IMG/VR virus record: IMGVR_UViG_3300027265_000006
Span: 1-40,806 of that record
Direction: 5' to 3' (one strand)
Length of the DNA: 40,806 nucleotides
DNA from: a virus
Taxonomy: Duplodnaviria > Caudoviricetes
Shown in pieces: positions 37,768-40,806 of this stretch (position 1 is the first letter of the stretch; every line of letters starts with the position of its first letter). A model generated the notes under the pieces. The model had not been told where the DNA came from. It saw only the letters and a list, made by a program, of their open reading frames with translations, and made no database searches. The position numbers and the translations under genes were made by a program.

Positions 37768-37796
37768 TGTGTAGATAACTCCTCTTGATAGGTTTT

Positions 37797-37810
37797 ACAC
37801 GTTAACGTGT
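37797..37810. promoter_or_regulatory. Putative operator, perfect palindrome between RNAP and ssb
   Basis: ACACGTTAACGTGT. Confidence 0.6.
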
Positions 37811-37813
37811 TGT

Positions 37814-40249
37814 TTAAGCGAAAAAGTAAAGGGACTCCCGCACCTTATTGAGGTCCAGGGAACCCATCTTTGGCACCTCTGGTAGGCTCTCGTACACCTC
37901 AGGAGGCAGTTGCTCCCTGAGTTGCTCCTTGAATTCTGCCAGAATGTTACCTGAGTACATCTCAATGAATGTCTCTCTTAACGTCTTGTTCATCTTCTCC
38001 ATCTCCCCCGGACTACATCCAAATGAATCATGGATGAACGCGAAGTTGGTTATCCCGTTCTCCGCACATTTATTGACTGTGAGGACTAGATGAGACGCAT
38101 CCAGTGAGTGGATGAAGTTTGGTGCGATGCCTGCTTTGCTCTTCGATACTGACGGCATGTCAGTGTCCACCGATACATTCAGGCGCACCCTGGTTGACCC
38201 GTGGAAGGTATTGACCCTCTCGGTCTTCGGCTCGTAGTAGGTCTGATGAATCACCATGCCAGATGGAGCAACCCATTTCAGGATATGCCCTGCTTTTGCC
38301 GTGATATCGGCCACCTCTCGGAACCATTTCATTGCCTCTGCTGCCTTTACGACAACCTTGTTGATTGCGTCGAGGCTTACCTTGGCCATGTACATGGTGG
38401 CCTTGGCGTAGTTGGTATTATCAGTTATGAATACCTCTCCTTTTGACCTCCTTTTCTCAAGTTCATCACATAGTTGCTCAGAGAACCCATAGACGGTCGC
38501 GCTATAGGCGAAAGTCATAGTAGGTCTCTTGGCAATCCCTCTATCGATCCTACCGTTCCATATTGCGGCCAAGGGATTCTCGGTATCCTTAGCCACGATC
38601 TTGGATGCCTCTTCAGACACCTTCATGTAGACATCTGAAGGCTTCTCATGGGGTTCAAGGTTCACATAGTATCCACCAATCTCATCACGGAGCATGGCGC
38701 TATAATGTTGCAATCCTGAACAACTCCCATCCACATTGATGGGGAGGTGAGACACGAAGGAGTCCCCCTCTTTGGCATACCCGCGCCAGTTATGGCAGAA
38801 CGCCAGGAACATGAATGGTTCATCTGCTTGCATCCAGAACCGCTGCCCATCTAATGGATTCTCAGCACTGTCGGTGATTAAAGCGGTATTATCCTTCACC
38901 CACTGGACGCGATCAGCGAAGCTGATCTTGTCTTTGCCGAAGGTATTGGCTCCATGGATGGCCAGCCAATAGGCTCCTCGGTCACCGAGTGGTTTCCCGT
39001 TGGCGAACTCAAGGAGAGCCTTGCCGTTAGCGTCAGCTTGGCAGTTCAAGTACGGCTGGAGTGGATAGATCCTTCCTCGCCAATCAGTGTTGTAGCAGAA
39101 GAAGATCTCTTTCTCGTCCTTGAACCGATCAGCAGTCCACAATTGCCAGTAAAGTGTGGATCGTTTAGACTTGGTTCGATGCCATGCGTCATACTGAACC
39201 GCGCAATCAACCTTCCACTGTTTGATCCTCTCCGGATGGGTAATGCTGAGTTCATGGAACTCCTCCTCGGTTGTCCAAAACTTCTCAGGGATGGTCATCT
39301 TCACATCGTTTTCAGGAAGCCCAGCCAAAGCATGTTCCCTACATATTTGCATCACCTCCAACACATCCCTATTGATTCTATACGGCGTGTCTTGTAGGGC
39401 ATTTAAGGCGTTGTAAACGGTCATCATTGATTCAGCCTCTTTCAAAGCTCTGATTACCTCTTTATGTTTTGATCTGACCGCAGGTATCTTATATTGGCCA
39501 GCACAGCTCAAGAACCCACCAGAGTACATAGATTCCCAGTGAGCAGGTTTGACAAGCATCGGAAGAAACTGAACAGACAACTCAGCACATTGTTGGTGGG
39601 CATTCTCAAGCCACTGTGCAGCTAATGGTGACACTTGGAGATACCTCTGGGTCTTGGCTCCGGTGCCTTTCATTGTCAATTCAAAGACATCAACCGCCTC
39701 AACCAGCTTGTAGATGAGAAATGAGCCTAATTGTGTTGCGGCCGCAGAACCACCTTTCAAAGGGTAGATCGGAATCTCCTTCTTACCCATATGGTTGCGA
39801 AGGACGTTTATCTTATAAGACACACTCTTACTGTTCATAGTTTCCTCGATTGCCTTGACGTATCCAGGCATCTCCTTCTTGAAAACCATGTAGTCAAGAT
39901 GCATCCGGATGTTCTTAGCAACCCTATGGGCCATCACAACAAGGCTCGTAGGACGAATGATCTCAAGACAAGTCTTCATCACGATGAACGCTACAGCCTC
40001 AGGTCCGGCATCCACAATGGTCTTCCGAGTTGCAAGGTAGGCAGGCGGTCCCATCTTGTGGTTCATACAGTGTTCACGAATGGTGTCAGCCAGAGGGATC
40101 AAGCACTTTCTGAGTAGGTAATTTTCTGGTGAAAGTGTGGTCACATCTCCGCGCTCAATCACTCTCCGTTGACTCGATATGTAATTATTGATGCCGATGT
40201 TGACGGCGAGTTCTTCATTCTCAAACTGTCTTTCGATGAGTGTTTTCAT
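37814..40249 (-). CDS. Single-subunit phage RNA polymerase (gp1-like)
   Basis: DWRGRIY, DGSCSGLQH, R..AKRPTMT.AY, PNFIHSLDASHL, IHDSF, YFFA end. Confidence 0.98.
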   Translation of the reverse strand: MKTLIERQFENEELAVNIGINNYISSQRRVIERGDVTTLSPENYLLRKCLIPLADTIREHCMNHKMGPPAYLATRKTIVDAGPEAVAFIVMKTCLEIIRPTSLVVMAHRVAKNIRMHLDYMVFKKEMPGYVKAIEETMNSKSVSYKINVLRNHMGKKEIPIYPLKGGSAAATQLGSFLIYKLVEAVDVFELTMKGTGAKTQRYLQVSPLAAQWLENAHQQCAELSVQFLPMLVKPAHWESMYSGGFLSCAGQYKIPAVRSKHKEVIRALKEAESMMTVYNALNALQDTPYRINRDVLEVMQICREHALAGLPENDVKMTIPEKFWTTEEEFHELSITHPERIKQWKVDCAVQYDAWHRTKSKRSTLYWQLWTADRFKDEKEIFFCYNTDWRGRIYPLQPYLNCQADANGKALLEFANGKPLGDRGAYWLAIHGANTFGKDKISFADRVQWVKDNTALITDSAENPLDGQRFWMQADEPFMFLAFCHNWRGYAKEGDSFVSHLPINVDGSCSGLQHYSAMLRDEIGGYYVNLEPHEKPSDVYMKVSEEASKIVAKDTENPLAAIWNGRIDRGIAKRPTMTFAYSATVYGFSEQLCDELEKRRSKGEVFITDNTNYAKATMYMAKVSLDAINKVVVKAAEAMKWFREVADITAKAGHILKWVAPSGMVIHQTYYEPKTERVNTFHGSTRVRLNVSVDTDMPSVSKSKAGIAPNFIHSLDASHLVLTVNKCAENGITNFAFIHDSFGCSPGEMEKMNKTLRETFIEMYSGNILAEFKEQLREQLPPEVYESLPEVPKMGSLDLNKVRESLYFFA

Positions 40250-40267
40250 TTCAAATCCTTCTTGAGT

Positions 40268-40281
40268 AAACGTTAGCGTGT
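40268..40281. promoter_or_regulatory. Putative operator upstream of the RNAP RBS
   Basis: AAACGTTAGCGTGT; one mismatch in the half-sites, 12/14 identical to the 37797 copy. Confidence 0.55.
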
Positions 40282-40335
40282 ATTAATAGAGAAAAGTGGT
40301 ACATAGTACACCGCTGTAATCAGTGCAACAGAATT

Positions 40336-40476
40336 CGCTTGGTTTCTCTTAAGAGAGGGCATGTAATGACACCAACTGGATGGAAAGTGTCGATGCAGGC
40401 GTCACCAAATAAGCGGACGCTTGGTTTCTCTTAAGAGAGGGCATGTAATGACACCAACTGGATGGAAAGTGTCGAT
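40336..40476. repeat. 59-bp direct repeat (82-bp period), each copy carrying a phage promoter variant
   Basis: CGCTTGGTTTCTCTTAAGAGAGGGCATGTAATGACACCAACTGGATGGAAAGTGTCGAT at 40336-40394 and 40418-40476. Confidence 0.95.
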
Positions 40477-40585
40477 AGGGAGAAGGAGGAGTATATCTCT
40501 ATATTGGAAGGAGGCTACCTATGGATGACTATAGTGACCATCAGCCTACCATAGGTTACCTATTAGTCTATAAGGTTTTCCCACC

Positions 40586-40614
40586 CTCTCTCTTAAGAGG
40601 GGGCAGTAGTCACT
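40586..40614 (-). promoter_or_regulatory. Phage RNAP promoter variant
   Basis: AGTGACTACTGCCCCCTCTTAAGAGAGAG, one change from the 2194 copy in the core. Confidence 0.7.
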
Positions 40615-40672
40615 TCGAGAGATTAGATAATGCTCCATTTTCAGAGCCAAAATGCAGGCTTTAAAAAGTGGT

Positions 40673-40691
40673 GTCACCAAGGCGTCACCAA
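40673..40691. repeat. Tandem GTCACCAA repeats, candidate integrase arm-type sites
   Basis: GTCACCAA at 40673 and 40684, again at 40401; GACACCAA at 40368 and 40450. Confidence 0.5.
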
Positions 40692-40700
40692 GTTTCTAAC

Positions 40701-40735
40701 AAAAAAAGGAGCTACCCATTTCTGAGTAACTCCTT
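40701..40735 (-). terminator. Intrinsic terminator downstream of the tRNA/att
   Basis: AAGGAGTTACTCA-GAAA-TGGGTAGCTCC followed by T7 tract. Confidence 0.9.
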
Positions 40736-40749
40736 AATTCAACTACAAA

Positions 40750-40806
40750 TGGTGCGAGAGGGGGGAATCGAACCCCCACGCCTAAGCGCTAGATCCTAAG
40801 TCTAGT
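40750..40806 (-). tRNA. 3' 57 nt of tRNA-Leu(TAG), probable att core
   Basis: Anticodon stem CTAGA/TCTAG with loop CT-TAG-GA, long variable arm, GGGGG-TTCGATT-CCCCC T arm, CCA end; 5' part lies outside the window. Confidence 0.93.

Larger units (their letters stand above)
1..40806 (-). mobile_element. T7-like (Autographiviridae-type) prophage, circularly permuted, truncated on the left
   Basis: T7 gene order (RNAP, gp2.5, gp3, gp4, gp5, gp6, portal, scaffold, capsid, tail, gp13-17, terminases) starts at a tRNA 3' end; early genes follow the terminase, as expected after integration via an attP upstream of RNAP. Confidence 0.9.

Noticed and set aside
40297-40312. GTACATAGTAC as a cyanobacterial-type LexA box
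   Set aside because: Half-site spacing is 3 nt rather than 4, and I saw only one copy
40336-40476. 59-bp repeat pair as a mini CRISPR array
   Set aside because: Two copies only, repeat too long, 23-bp gap, no cas genes; explained by promoter duplication
40529-40537. TCACTATAG, a T7 promoter core, on the minus strand
   Set aside because: Single 9-bp match with no upstream similarity; the repeated CTCTTAAGAG motif fits better
1-40806. Integrase, CI-type repressor, reverse transcriptase or defence system genes
   Set aside because: No ORF shows the diagnostic motifs; integrase and repressor may lie beyond the left edge

Overview
The window is most of a T7-like (Autographiviridae-type) phage genome in prophage-permuted order, with nearly all genes on the minus strand. 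Reading right to left: the 3' part of a tRNA-Leu(TAG) (likely att site), a terminator, a control region with three phage-promoter copies, single-subunit RNA polymerase, ssb, endonuclease, primase/helicase, two antirepressor-like genes, DNA polymerase, a nucleotide-metabolism block (MazG-like, ThyX-like, gp1.7-like, anaerobic RNR NrdD/NrdG), ligase, exonuclease, head, tail and ejection genes, lysis genes, terminases, a ~1 kb non-coding genome-end region, then early genes that run off the left edge. No integrase or repressor is visible; they may lie beyond the left edge. Main observations beyond the ORF track: (1) a type III hammerhead ribozyme in the early leader (about 1279-1336, minus) that would release a ~109-nt RNA with a kink-turn; (2) a palindromic operator ACACG-N4-CGTGT at the early promoter, RNAP, ssb and the lysis cassette; (3) a phage promoter with a palindromic core, CTCTCTTAAGAGAG, triplicated upstream of RNAP; (4) a DNA polymerase that appears to need an ATC start, back to back with the only plus-strand gene, a lipoprotein; (5) nested carbohydrate-binding-like modules in the tail nozzle protein. 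All calls come from reading motifs by eye; no searches or folding programs were run.
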